In this document: positions 9,639 through 18,942 of the stretch, in pieces
Layout: every line of letters begins with the position of its first letter
Position numbering within the stretch: position 1 is the stretch's first letter
NCBI GenBank assembly: GCA_964626855.1
Contig: CAZVKJ010000013.1
Span: forward strand, 5,482-69,481
Origin: an uncultured Bacteroidales bacterium
Lineage (GTDB): Bacteria; Bacteroidota; Bacteroidia; Bacteroidales; CAIWKO01
Length of the DNA: 64,000 bases
Reading direction: 5' to 3'
The notes under the pieces: model-generated
Databases searched by the model: none
Seen by the model: only the letters and a program-made list of their open reading frames with translations
What the model was told of the DNA's origin: nothing
Made by a program: the position numbers and the translations under genes

Positions 9639-11969
9639 ATGAAAATCAGATTATTTTTACTTGCAGTAATGTTACTTTCATTAGAAGTTTTTTCGCAAAC
9701 ACCTGAAAACAACATTACGGGAAGAGTGATAGACCGTGACACAAAAATATCAATACCCGGAGTTAACATTGTCGTACAGGGTTCGCAGCCATTACTTGGC
9801 ACAACTACTGATGTCAACGGGAATTTTATTTTATCAAAACTTAAAGTAGGCCGTTATAATCTGAAAGCAACCTGTCTGGGATATAATCCTGCCGATGTAA
9901 ATGAGGTGCTGGTTTCATCAGGAAAAGAAACCTTTATCACCCTTGAGCTTTCCGAGCAAATTATTACAACCAAAGAGGTTGTCATCTCTGCCAGCCAGGA
10001 CAAAAACAAAACTGTTAATGAGATGGCCGTCATCAGTGCCAGGAGCTTTACTGTTGATGAAACGCGCCGTTATGCCGGAGCCAACGATGATCCTATGCGT
10101 GCTGTTTCAAATTTCGCAGGTGTTTCGGGAGGTTCGGATATAAATAACAACGGTATCATTATTCGTGGCAATTCTCCAAAAGGCCTGCTTTGGCGTGTTG
10201 AAGGGGTCGACATGCCCAATCCCAACCACTTTGGCATGATCGGTCAGTCGGGTGGTGGAATCACGTTATTCAGCTCTCAACTGCTTACCAATTCGGACTT
10301 TTATACTGCGGCTTTCCCCGCCGAATACGGCAATGCAACCTCGGGAGTATTTGATATACATTTCCGTAACGGCAACATCAATAAAAATGAATTTACAGTG
10401 CAGGCCGGACTTCTCGGGCTGGACCTGTCAGCTGAAGGGCCCTTGAAAAAAGGAAGCGGAAGTTCCTTCCTTTTCAACTACCGATATTCGCTATTGGCAC
10501 TGGTATCACTGTTAAACAAAGAAATGAAAAATGACATTCCCTCCTACCAGGATCTATCATTTAAAATAAACATCAACACTAAAAAGGCCGGAGTATTTTC
10601 TGTCTTCGGTATTGGCGGTACCGACAAATCCGGAGCATGCCCCAAAAAAGACAGCAGCGTGTGGAAAACCACAGAAGACCTGCAAAGTACTGTTTTTAAA
10701 ACAAAAGTTTTAGCAGTTGGCATTTCAAATACTTTTTTATTAAGCAAGCGGACATTTATTAAAAACACCCTATCGGGAACTACAAACATCATCAACGGAA
10801 ATAACGGTCTTATTGGAAATGATTATAACATTATCAATCATGATGAATATTCATACCAGAATTACCGTGTAAGCCTTGTATCAACATTGAATCATAAATT
10901 TGGCAAAAAACATTTTAATAAAACAGGCATCATAATCAACTCAATTTTCCTGCGTAGTAACATCAAAACTCAAAATCCGCTGAATGGCATTTTAACTCAA
11001 ATTGTTGATGTCAATTGCAATAATTACTTATTACAATTTTTTTCAGAATCAAAAATTGAATTTTCGGAAAAGCTCAATATTAATGCCGGTTTCCATCTGC
11101 TCTATTTTTCTGCCAATAACAGTTTCTCCCCTGAGCCAAGGGTGGCCATAAAGTGGAATATGACACCGGGACACAGCCTGAGTCTTGGATATGGCCTGCA
11201 CAGCCAGATTGAAGACGCCAGTATATATCAGTTCAAAGACAGCCTTGGAGAACCGGCCAATAACCACCTCACGCCCTGCAAAGCACATCATATAGTGCTA
11301 AGCTACGATTATCTCATCAGAAAAAATCTGAATTTCAGAACAGAAATTTACTATCAGATATTGTTTGATGTGCCGGTTATAAGAAATGATTACTACTCAA
11401 CCATCAATACTTCCGGTGGATATACAAGTTATCCGCTGGTAAACACAGGCAAAGGGAGAAATTATGGTGTTGATCTGACATTGGAACGCTATTTCGACAG
11501 GCGGTTTTATTTTCTGATTACCGCTTCATTCTTTGAATCAAAATATAAGGGTGGCGATGGTATTGAGAGAAATACGCGTTATAATTCCAATTATGTGGGC
11601 AATTTGCTTATAGGAAAAGAGTTTATCATAAAACATAAAAACATACTTGGCCTGAATATGAAGTTCACCTATACCGGCGGAGAATACTATATTCCGGTAG
11701 ACCTGTCAGCATCTGTTGAACAAAATAACGAAGTATTGGATCTGTCGCAGATATACACAAAAAAGCTGACCGACATTACCTATTTAGATTTTACCTTTAC
11801 CTACAGAACTAATTACAGGAAGTTCTCCGGAGTCTTTGCTGTTCAACTGAAAAACTTATTAAATCAGAAAGCCATTATTGGTTATGCCTATAATCCTTAT
11901 ACCCATAACATAGATGCTCAAAAAAACTGGGGAATACTACCGAATATCAGTTATAAATTTGAGTTTTAA
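9639..11969 (+). CDS. TonB-dependent receptor with N-terminal carboxypeptidase-regulatory-like domain
   Basis: Signal peptide; ITGRVID...GTTTDVNGNF; plug motifs NGIIIRGNSP, PNPNHF, AEYGNATSGVFDI; C-terminal YKFEF. Confidence 0.9.
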   Translation: MKIRLFLLAVMLLSLEVFSQTPENNITGRVIDRDTKISIPGVNIVVQGSQPLLGTTTDVNGNFILSKLKVGRYNLKATCLGYNPADVNEVLVSSGKETFITLELSEQIITTKEVVISASQDKNKTVNEMAVISARSFTVDETRRYAGANDDPMRAVSNFAGVSGGSDINNNGIIIRGNSPKGLLWRVEGVDMPNPNHFGMIGQSGGGITLFSSQLLTNSDFYTAAFPAEYGNATSGVFDIHFRNGNINKNEFTVQAGLLGLDLSAEGPLKKGSGSSFLFNYRYSLLALVSLLNKEMKNDIPSYQDLSFKININTKKAGVFSVFGIGGTDKSGACPKKDSSVWKTTEDLQSTVFKTKVLAVGISNTFLLSKRTFIKNTLSGTTNIINGNNGLIGNDYNIINHDEYSYQNYRVSLVSTLNHKFGKKHFNKTGIIINSIFLRSNIKTQNPLNGILTQIVDVNCNNYLLQFFSESKIEFSEKLNINAGFHLLYFSANNSFSPEPRVAIKWNMTPGHSLSLGYGLHSQIEDASIYQFKDSLGEPANNHLTPCKAHHIVLSYDYLIRKNLNFRTEIYYQILFDVPVIRNDYYSTINTSGGYTSYPLVNTGKGRNYGVDLTLERYFDRRFYFLITASFFESKYKGGDGIERNTRYNSNYVGNLLIGKEFIIKHKNILGLNMKFTYTGGEYYIPVDLSASVEQNNEVLDLSQIYTKKLTDITYLDFTFTYRTNYRKFSGVFAVQLKNLLNQKAIIGYAYNPYTHNIDAQKNWGILPNISYKFEF

Positions 11970-12031
11970 AGCTTCTTAAGGAATACACAAAAAACAATTG
12001 CTCTTCGGTTTATCGTTTTGAACGTGGAAAC

Positions 12032-12067
12032 AAAAAAGGTTTCAGAAAATGAATAATCTGAAACCTT
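12032..12067 (-). terminator. Intrinsic terminator downstream of the tRNA
   Basis: AAGGTTTCAGA/TCTGAAACCTT stem with an A-tract giving a U tail on the minus strand. Confidence 0.7.
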
Positions 12068-12077
12068 ATACTTTTTG

Positions 12078-12151
12078 TGGTCCCACCTGGACTTGAACCA
12101 GGGACCACCTGATTATGAGTCAGGTGCTCTAACCAACTGAGCTATAGGACC
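12078..12151 (-). tRNA. tRNA with CAT anticodon, most likely tRNA-Ile2 (lysidine-modified); CCA not encoded
   Basis: Reverse complement GGTCCTATAGCTCAGTTGGTTAGAGCACCTGACTCATAATCAGGTGGTCCCTGGTTCAAGTCCAGGTGGGACCA folds as a cloverleaf. It resembles Ile2 tRNAs and lacks the initiator GGG/CCC anticodon stem. Confidence 0.93.
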
Positions 12152-12230
12152 TATTGCAAATAACGCAACTTTCTTGATTTTGTGGCGGCAAAATTACATC
12201 TTTGCAGGAAATTTTCCAAATAAAATTTTC

Positions 12231-12875
12231 ATGTCCTCTCAAAATATTAAAAACATAATCTTCGATTTCGGTGGTGTTATTATTGATATCGACTACAAAA
12301 GAAGCATCGATGCATTTGTAAAACTCGGCTGCAGCGACTTTGGCAAGATTTATTCCCAGGCCAGCCAAACAGAAATATTTGACAAAATTGATAAAGGGCT
12401 TATCAGCAATGATGAATTCAGGAACGAACTAAAAAAGTATTTTCCGCCGGAAACCACGGTTCAAATGATTGATGATGCCTGGAATGCAATATTGATAGGT
12501 ATCCCCGAACACCGTATTCACCTCCTGGAGCAAATACGGAAAAATTATCAAATCTTCCTGATGAGCAATACCAATGCAATCCATTATATTGAGTACACCA
12601 AAGAGCTTAAAGAAAAATTCGGATATGACGACCTGTCCTGCCTGTTTGAAAAAGTATATTTATCCTTTGAGCTTGGTATGCGCAAACCAGATCAAAACTT
12701 TTTTAAACTGATACTGGAAGAAAATCATCTTTCCCCCAGAGAAACTGCCTTCATTGATGATCTTGACCTGAATCTGATCCCGGCTCAAAACCTTGGCATG
12801 AAAACGATATGGCTTAACAATGGAAATGATGTTACAGACCTCTTCGAAGATGGTTTAATAAAGAAATCTTTGTAA
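12231..12875 (+). CDS. HAD-superfamily phosphatase (YihX-like)
   Basis: IIFDFGGV motif I, MSNTN, MRKPD, FIDD; ATG 12231 preferred as start. Confidence 0.9.
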   Translation: MSSQNIKNIIFDFGGVIIDIDYKRSIDAFVKLGCSDFGKIYSQASQTEIFDKIDKGLISNDEFRNELKKYFPPETTVQMIDDAWNAILIGIPEHRIHLLEQIRKNYQIFLMSNTNAIHYIEYTKELKEKFGYDDLSCLFEKVYLSFELGMRKPDQNFFKLILEENHLSPRETAFIDDLDLNLIPAQNLGMKTIWLNNGNDVTDLFEDGLIKKSL

Positions 12876-12916
12876 TGCACTTTTATCCGAAGCTTTTTGA
12901 TTCTTACTTTTTTACG

Positions 12917-12970
12917 ACACAGACATTTAGGACACAACAGAAAATACTATGTATCCCTATATGTCTGTGT
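12917..12970. repeat. Intergenic inverted repeat/hairpin (REP-like or terminator)
   Basis: Perfect 10-bp ACACAGACAT/ATGTCTGTGT arms with an imperfect inner stem, between convergent genes. Confidence 0.55.
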
Positions 12971-13005
12971 TCTCTCTGATTTATAAAATAAGGTAATTAC
13001 CCCAA

Positions 13006-13548
13006 CTACTTTTTTTCCTTCAACGTCAATGTTGAGGTAAATACTATTTGTGAAGATTCAGAAACCATAAATGAACCGTAGAACGTCACATCTCCGGTAC
13101 CGGCTTTTGGCGCCTGCCATTCAAAAGACCATGAATTGGCGCCATCTTTAGCCTGAGAGCCCTGATCGGTGTGCGTAATGTATTTCCCCTTAGAGATAAG
13201 TCTAGTCCTATCGGAATCAGACAGTATCATAGTTCCTAACAGGGTCCCCATAGAATTTTGCGGTGAAATTTCAAAACCAATACGCTTAACTCCTGCCGTC
13301 CCTTTTGCTGATGCCCGTATTGTATATTTCTTTCCCGGCTCATAAAGATTGTTAGTTGCATTTGAAGTAATTAGTCCTTCCTGGGTTTTTAATGTTGCCT
13401 TATGACACGAAATACATGTATTACCATCCGAAGGAGAACCGCTCTTTCCGGCCGGTGCACCACCGGGAAATGAAAAAAGTTGCAGGCTTACAAACCCTGC
13501 CAAAAATAAAATGGTAATTAAGATAATAAATGCTGATTTTTTATTCAT
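13006..13548 (-). CDS. Exported Reeler-like (choice-of-anchor V-like) protein with a CxxCH motif
   Basis: Signal/TM segment; GGAPAGKSGSPSDGNTCISCH; YITHT...WSFEWQAP..GTGDVTFY; no T9SS CTD. Confidence 0.7.
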   Translation of the reverse strand: MNKKSAFIILITILFLAGFVSLQLFSFPGGAPAGKSGSPSDGNTCISCHKATLKTQEGLITSNATNNLYEPGKKYTIRASAKGTAGVKRIGFEISPQNSMGTLLGTMILSDSDRTRLISKGKYITHTDQGSQAKDGANSWSFEWQAPKAGTGDVTFYGSFMVSESSQIVFTSTLTLKEKK

Positions 13549-13577
13549 AACAATTATTTTTATCAAAGATAACAATG

Positions 13578-14555
13578 TTACGGGTAGAACGCAAGAATCT
13601 CGTTAAAAATACCGGCGACTTCAGCATAGCTGTCTGCCGTTACAAGTTTCATACGAAATTGTTTAAAATCGGGTAATGCCCTGAAAATACAGCTGTAATG
13701 CTTTCTCATTTCCAGCACGGCTAAACGTTCCCCTTTATTATTGATTGAGCTTGTAAGGTGTTGCCGTGCCATGGCTATGCGCTCATCTATTGAAGGCGGT
13801 TCTGATATTTTTCCTGAATCAAGAAACTCTTTTACATCTTTGAATATCCACGGATTTCCAATGGCAGCCCTTCCTATCATCACACCATCGACACCATACA
13901 TCTCTTTTACCTCCAGGGCTCTCTGCGGCGAATCCACATCTCCGTTACCTATAACAGGAATACTTACCCTCGGATTATTTTTTACTTCACCGATCAAAGT
14001 CCAATCGGCACTGCCTTTATACATTTGTGATTTCGTCCTGGCATGTATTGTTAATGCACTGATTCCGGCATCCTGTAATTGTTCGGCAAGCTGGGTTATT
14101 ACAAGGTTTTTTTCGTCCCACCCCAGGCGGGTCTTGGCAAAAACAGGTATACTGGTATTTCTCACAACCGCTGTAGCAATAGAAATCATTTTGGGGATGT
14201 CCTTCAGCAGCGCTGCTCCGCCGCCTTTATCAACAACTTTTTTTACCGGACAGCCAAAGTTCAGATCAAGAAAATCCGGTAATGCCTCCTCTGCAATCTT
14301 TGCAGCAGCAACAATTGAATCAACATTATTACCAAACAATTGTATTCCGATTGGTCTCTCACCCTCATCAAAAAGCAACTTTCTTTTACTTTTCTCAGCA
14401 TTCCTAAGCAAGCCATCCGCAGCAACAAACTCTGTAAATACCATATCGGCGCCATATGATTTGCAGATTTTACGGAAGGCGCTATCAGTTACATCTTCCA
14501 TAGGTGCTAAAGCAAGGATAAAGTCGGGAAAAAGAATATTTCCAATAGTTTTCAA
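13578..14555 (-). CDS. dusB: tRNA dihydrouridine synthase B
   Basis: LAPMEDVTD, IQLFG, DLNFGCPVKKV, TIHART, IGNGD, VMIGRAAIGNPW; TACTTTTG -7 motif at 14600-14607. Confidence 0.95.
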   Translation of the reverse strand: MKTIGNILFPDFILALAPMEDVTDSAFRKICKSYGADMVFTEFVAADGLLRNAEKSKRKLLFDEGERPIGIQLFGNNVDSIVAAAKIAEEALPDFLDLNFGCPVKKVVDKGGGAALLKDIPKMISIATAVVRNTSIPVFAKTRLGWDEKNLVITQLAEQLQDAGISALTIHARTKSQMYKGSADWTLIGEVKNNPRVSIPVIGNGDVDSPQRALEVKEMYGVDGVMIGRAAIGNPWIFKDVKEFLDSGKISEPPSIDERIAMARQHLTSSINNKGERLAVLEMRKHYSCIFRALPDFKQFRMKLVTADSYAEVAGIFNEILAFYP

Positions 14556-14705
14556 AATAAAAATTGATTAAGATATTGCTTGTTAAAAATACAAGTTTGC
14601 AAAAGTATCAAATTTAGCCTAACCAATCATGTCATGTGAATTTTATAGGATGACGATATTGTCAAAAAGGACAACAATAAGGGAAATGATCCGGCACAGC
14701 AAAAA

Positions 14706-15344
14706 CTATTTTTTTTGCATGATCATCAATCCGTCACGAAAAGGCAGTAAAAGATTGTCTACCCTTGAATCATCATGTATATATCTGTTAAACGCTTCTA
14801 TGGCAATGGTTCCCTTGTAATTCCTATCATTTTCGTCAAAAATTTTTTCGTGCCACAACACATTGTCTGCAATGATAAAACCGCCGCTGACGACCTTATC
14901 AAAAACGAGTTCGTATATTTCAAGATAAATTTCCTTGTCACAATCAATGTAAACAAGGTCAAGCGGTTTATCGATGCTTTTAATTACCTCACGTGCATCA
15001 CCTATGATCAGTTCTATTTTACTGCCTAGCCCGCTGTCCGAAATATTTTTCAGGCAATATTCCTCCAATTCGGGATTCGACTCAACGGTTATCAATTTCC
15101 CTTCGTCGCTAAGGCCCTGCGCCAGGCATATAGCCGAATATCCCGTGTATGTGCCTATTTCGAGGGCGTATTTCGGCCTGATCATAGAACTTATAAGGCT
15201 CAATAGCTTTCCCTGCAGGTGTCCCGAAAGCATAATAGGGTTCATGATCTTAAGGTTGGTCTCCCTGTAAATACGCTTCAGAAGCCCGGATTCAGGCTTG
15301 GAAATACTTTCAGCATATTCAATTATCTTCTCTGTATGACTCAT
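14706..15344 (-). CDS. O-methyltransferase (Methyltransf_3, caffeoyl-CoA OMT-like)
   Basis: MLSGHLQG, LEIGTYTGYSA, YIDCDK, IADNVLW, LLPFRDGL. Confidence 0.9.
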   Translation of the reverse strand: MSHTEKIIEYAESISKPESGLLKRIYRETNLKIMNPIMLSGHLQGKLLSLISSMIRPKYALEIGTYTGYSAICLAQGLSDEGKLITVESNPELEEYCLKNISDSGLGSKIELIIGDAREVIKSIDKPLDLVYIDCDKEIYLEIYELVFDKVVSGGFIIADNVLWHEKIFDENDRNYKGTIAIEAFNRYIHDDSRVDNLLLPFRDGLMIMQKK

Positions 15345-16581
15345 TGGACTGATAAATTATCTGCGAAAAAGTATCAACATTAAAAATTTCATTAGCGATA
15401 TCCCATAATTCCTGAGCTGTGATCCTGCCGATCTTATCATTAATCTGCTTAATGGTATCAACTTTATTAAATATCATGTATGCTTTTCCAATCGACATCA
15501 TCTCCGCTATCTTTGATTCATAAGAAAGCGCCACATTGCCAATCAACTGCTGCTTTGCCCTGGAAAGTTGAAGTGTTCCCAATTTATCAGTTCTGAATTT
15601 TTTCAGAACATCATAAATGATATTGATCGTTTTATCCATACTGTCATTCTCAGTACTTACATAAATCCTGAATAAACCCGTATCCGAAAATGAAGTATAA
15701 CCTGATTCGATATTGTAGGTTAACCCGTGTTTTTCCCGTACAGCCATATTGAGGCGTGCATTAGAAGCCGGCCCGCCGAGCATATTATTCAGAAGCACCA
15801 TTCCCAGCCTCCGCTTATTATAAACCGGATAGGCCGTCCTGCCCATCACACAGTGCGACTGGAATATCTTTTTTTCAAATTGCTTTTTCACGGGTTTATA
15901 ACCTTTGAAAGATTTTCGTTTTGAAGGCCTCACATCTCCCAGGTCAGGCTGTTCAAAATATTTTTTTAAAATATTTAAAACCTGAGAATTTTCAATGCCT
16001 CCAACGACACTGATCACCATTTTCTCCGGCACATAATTCCTGTGTATAAAGCCCAGGATATCATCGCGCGTAAACTCTTTTATCCTGGCAGGCTCGCCCA
16101 GAATATTCCATCCTAAAGGATGATTGGGAAAAACAAGTTCATCAAAATCATCGAGGATCACCTCCTCCGGTATGTCCTTATAATAATAATATTCATCAAC
16201 AATGATGTTCTTTTCCTTCTCCAGTTCCTTATCGGGAAATATTGAATTAAAAACAACATCCGAAATGATTTCCGCAGCCTTTTCAAAATGCTCTTTTAGC
16301 ACCGAACAATGAATACAGGTTTCTTCTTTCGCCGTATATGCATTCAGGTCTCCGCCAAGGTTCTCGATTGCATTGAATATCTGGCTTGACTTTCGGGTTT
16401 TAGTTCCTTTGAAAATCACATGTTCAATAAAATGTGCTATTCCCTTTTCTTCCAGGGTTTCGTCACGTGAACCTGCATCAATAAAAAAGCCGATATGAAC
16501 AATAGAGGTGTTGCTGCTCTTATGCACCACGCGAATACCATTGCCCAACGTAAAAAAATTAAATTCCTTTGTATTTTCCAT
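15319..16581 (-). CDS. M16 family (pitrilysin-like) zinc metallopeptidase
   Basis: GIAHFIEHVIFKGT (HxxEH), LNAYTAKEET, REKHGLTY. Start at ATG 16581, just after a TAACTTTG -7 motif (16588-16595). Confidence 0.92.
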   Translation of the reverse strand: MENTKEFNFFTLGNGIRVVHKSSNTSIVHIGFFIDAGSRDETLEEKGIAHFIEHVIFKGTKTRKSSQIFNAIENLGGDLNAYTAKEETCIHCSVLKEHFEKAAEIISDVVFNSIFPDKELEKEKNIIVDEYYYYKDIPEEVILDDFDELVFPNHPLGWNILGEPARIKEFTRDDILGFIHRNYVPEKMVISVVGGIENSQVLNILKKYFEQPDLGDVRPSKRKSFKGYKPVKKQFEKKIFQSHCVMGRTAYPVYNKRRLGMVLLNNMLGGPASNARLNMAVREKHGLTYNIESGYTSFSDTGLFRIYVSTENDSMDKTINIIYDVLKKFRTDKLGTLQLSRAKQQLIGNVALSYESKIAEMMSIGKAYMIFNKVDTIKQINDKIGRITAQELWDIANEIFNVDTFSQIIYQSNESYREDN

Positions 16582-16661
16582 AGGTGGCAAAGTTAGGTTT
16601 AATTTCAGAATTAAAGCCGCAGAATTCCGAAATCCATTAGCTTTGCATAAAATAATAATCG

Positions 16662-17252
16662 ATGAAAAATATTGCTGTTTTTTGCGGCTCGGCAGCAGGA
16701 GGCCGGAGTATTTACGGAGAAAAAGCACGGCAGCTGGGAAAATTATTTGTTAAAAATGATTTCTCGCTGATCTACGGATCTGGAAACATAGGACTGATGG
16801 GCATTCTGGCAGATTCTATCCTGGAGGAAGACGGGGAAGTAATTGGAGTTATCCCGCAACGGCTTGTTGATGTAGAAGTAGCGCACAGGCATATCACGCG
16901 TACACATATTGTAGCTTCGATGAGTGAACGTAAAACATTTATCGAAAAGCTCTCTGACGCATTTATCATCATGCCCGGCGGATTCGGGACACTGGATGAA
17001 TTTTTTGAAATGGTGACCCTGAACCAGCTCGGAATGATGAAGAAACCTATTGGAATTTTCAACATCGACGGTTATTTCAACAAACTTCTGGAACTGTTCG
17101 ATCATTTTGTTGAAGAACGTTTTATACGCACTGAACATAAAGAGCTTTTTTTTGTGTGCGACGATGAAAACCAGCTCATCGAACAGCTGAGAACATTCGA
17201 ACCCAAAGAAACCCACAAATGGCTTGAAAACTTTAAACATACCAAATTCTGA
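16662..17252 (+). CDS. LOG family (TIGR00730) nucleotide phosphoribohydrolase
   Basis: IAVFCGS, GLMG, MSERK, PGGFGTLDE; TAGCTTTG -7 motif at 16638-16645. Confidence 0.92.
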   Translation: MKNIAVFCGSAAGGRSIYGEKARQLGKLFVKNDFSLIYGSGNIGLMGILADSILEEDGEVIGVIPQRLVDVEVAHRHITRTHIVASMSERKTFIEKLSDAFIIMPGGFGTLDEFFEMVTLNQLGMMKKPIGIFNIDGYFNKLLELFDHFVEERFIRTEHKELFFVCDDENQLIEQLRTFEPKETHKWLENFKHTKF

Positions 17253-17253
17253 T

Positions 17254-17721
17254 ATGATCATAACCGACAGAAAACTTCTTGATGAATTATCCGCTAAAGC
17301 CTGCCATACTGAGCGTAAAAGATTAAATCATAATTTTCACAAGGGAAACAGCGACATCTTGCAGCGTATGTTAAATGCACTGGAACCCGGCACCTACGTG
17401 CGCCCGCACAAACATGAGAACCCCGACAAGAACGAAGTATTTATTGTGCTCAGGGGCCGTACCATGGTTATTGAATATAATGATGACGGAAGTATTGCCG
17501 AACATATAATCCTCGACAGGGAAACAGAAATATTCGCGGCTGAAATTCCACCGGGACGTTATCATTCGATGATTTCACTTGAAAAGGGTACCGTAGCTTA
17601 TGAAATCAAAGAAGGTCCCTATCTTCCCGATACGGTAAAAATATTTGCCCCATGGGCGCCCGAAGAAGGAAGCCCCGAAACCATTGACTTTATTAAAGAT
17701 TTAGAACAACTTATTTCGTAA
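17254..17721 (+). CDS. WbuC family cupin-fold metalloprotein
   Basis: RKRLNHNFH, LQRMLNALEPGTYVRPHKH, YEIKEGPY, FAPWAPEE. Confidence 0.88.
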   Translation: MIITDRKLLDELSAKACHTERKRLNHNFHKGNSDILQRMLNALEPGTYVRPHKHENPDKNEVFIVLRGRTMVIEYNDDGSIAEHIILDRETEIFAAEIPPGRYHSMISLEKGTVAYEIKEGPYLPDTVKIFAPWAPEEGSPETIDFIKDLEQLIS

Positions 17722-17727
17722 AGCTGC

Positions 17728-18534
17728 ATGCGCACGTTGCTGCTGATATTATCAATATGTATTATGAATCCTGTTGTTTCACAAAATAATACAAACGTTA
17801 AAACTCTGGTGGTAGCCCATCGCGGCGGAAGCCTGCTGGCGCCGGAAAACACACTGGCGGCTTTTAAAAACGCACTGTCGCTTGGCGTCGACCAGATCGA
17901 ACTTGATGTTCACCTGAGCAAAGACAATGTGGTGGTGGTGATTCATGATGAAACACTGAAAAGAACCACCAGCGGCACAGGTTCTGTTGACGCTTATTCA
18001 TATGATGAATTTTCACAGTTCGATGCAGGCTATAAGTTTTCGGAGAAATATAAAGGAGAGAAAATCCCCTCACTTGAACAGGTGCTGGAACTAGTGGATG
18101 GAAAAGCAAAACTGCTCATTGAAATAAAAAAATCCGGTGATAAAAATCAGGATATCGAAAAAGCAGTGGTTGATCTGATACAAAAGCACCACGCCGGATC
18201 ATGGTGCATTGTGCAATCATTCAGTTATGAAAGCATAGAAAAAGTGCACAAACTAGACGCTTCGATCACATTGGGATTATTATTTGTGAAACCACCTTCC
18301 GAAAAAATTGAGCATGGAAAAATTGATATCAGTTTTATTTCAGAAATTAATTTCTGCCATGTATTTGCCGGAAAACGTACTGTTGAGTTTTTTCATAAGC
18401 TGAATAAAAAGGTTTTTGTGTGGACCGTTAATAAGCCCGAACAAATGCAAAGACTCATAAATCACGACGTTGACGGCATCATCACCGATAATCCTGCAGA
18501 ACTGATAAAAATCATAAATAACTTTAATCAATAA
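17728..18534 (+). CDS. Glycerophosphodiester phosphodiesterase (exported)
   Basis: VAHRGG, APENTLAAF, ELDVHLSKD, IEIK, WTVN, DGIITD; N-terminal signal peptide. Confidence 0.92.
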   Translation: MRTLLLILSICIMNPVVSQNNTNVKTLVVAHRGGSLLAPENTLAAFKNALSLGVDQIELDVHLSKDNVVVVIHDETLKRTTSGTGSVDAYSYDEFSQFDAGYKFSEKYKGEKIPSLEQVLELVDGKAKLLIEIKKSGDKNQDIEKAVVDLIQKHHAGSWCIVQSFSYESIEKVHKLDASITLGLLFVKPPSEKIEHGKIDISFISEINFCHVFAGKRTVEFFHKLNKKVFVWTVNKPEQMQRLINHDVDGIITDNPAELIKIINNFNQ

Positions 18535-18645
18535 GGCATTTCTTAGGGTTTTATAAATAGCGACTTCGGCACTGCTGCTGTTGATTTGTAAATATTTCTT
18601 TACAAATTATATAACCTTTTGTAAAGGAATTATTACAGTGACTCA

Positions 18646-18829
18646 GGGGTTGTTTAAAATTTAGTTTACTGAATTAATAAATGCCACAAAGGCACGATCT
18701 GCCTATGGCGGACACAAAGACACACAAGGTTTATCCATTCATTTTCAAAGCTTTGTGTTTCTTAGTGTCTTTGAGTCTTAGCGGCATAGGTTTTATTGTT
18801 TACTTTTATAATTAATTTTAAACAACTTC
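18646..18829. mobile_element. Putative MITE / palindromic repeat element (~184 bp)
   Basis: Terminal inverted repeats GGGGTTGTTTAAAATT ... AATTTTAAACAACTTC enclose a nested imperfect palindrome (GCCACAAAGGCAC...ACACAAAGACAC / GTGTCTTTGAGTCTTAGCGGC); no ORF. Confidence 0.55.
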
Positions 18830-18942
18830 TTAATTCACTATTTATTTTTTCCGATGACGACCTGATTTTACGAAAGTCATGTTGATCAGATAAAAATAAA
18901 ATACTAAACGCCGAAATAATTAATTTTACAAAAAATTTTGAG

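Noticed and set aside
8640..12151. tRNA-anchored genomic island or prophage
   Set aside because: No integrase, no duplicated tRNA 3' end (att site) and no phage genes seen.
13741..14571. 276-aa ORF antisense to dusB
   Set aside because: In-register shadow of a conserved gene, with Ser/Pro/Ile-rich antisense composition and no motifs. The same applies to the other short overlapping ORFs in the track (e.g. 16743..17261, 29419..29838).
17254..17721. WbuC cupin as part of the glycan locus
   Set aside because: It lies 13 kb away in a LOG-cupin-GDPD operon; nothing in the sequence links the two.
18646..18829. CRISPR array
   Set aside because: Repeats are inverted and degenerate rather than regularly spaced direct repeats; no cas genes.
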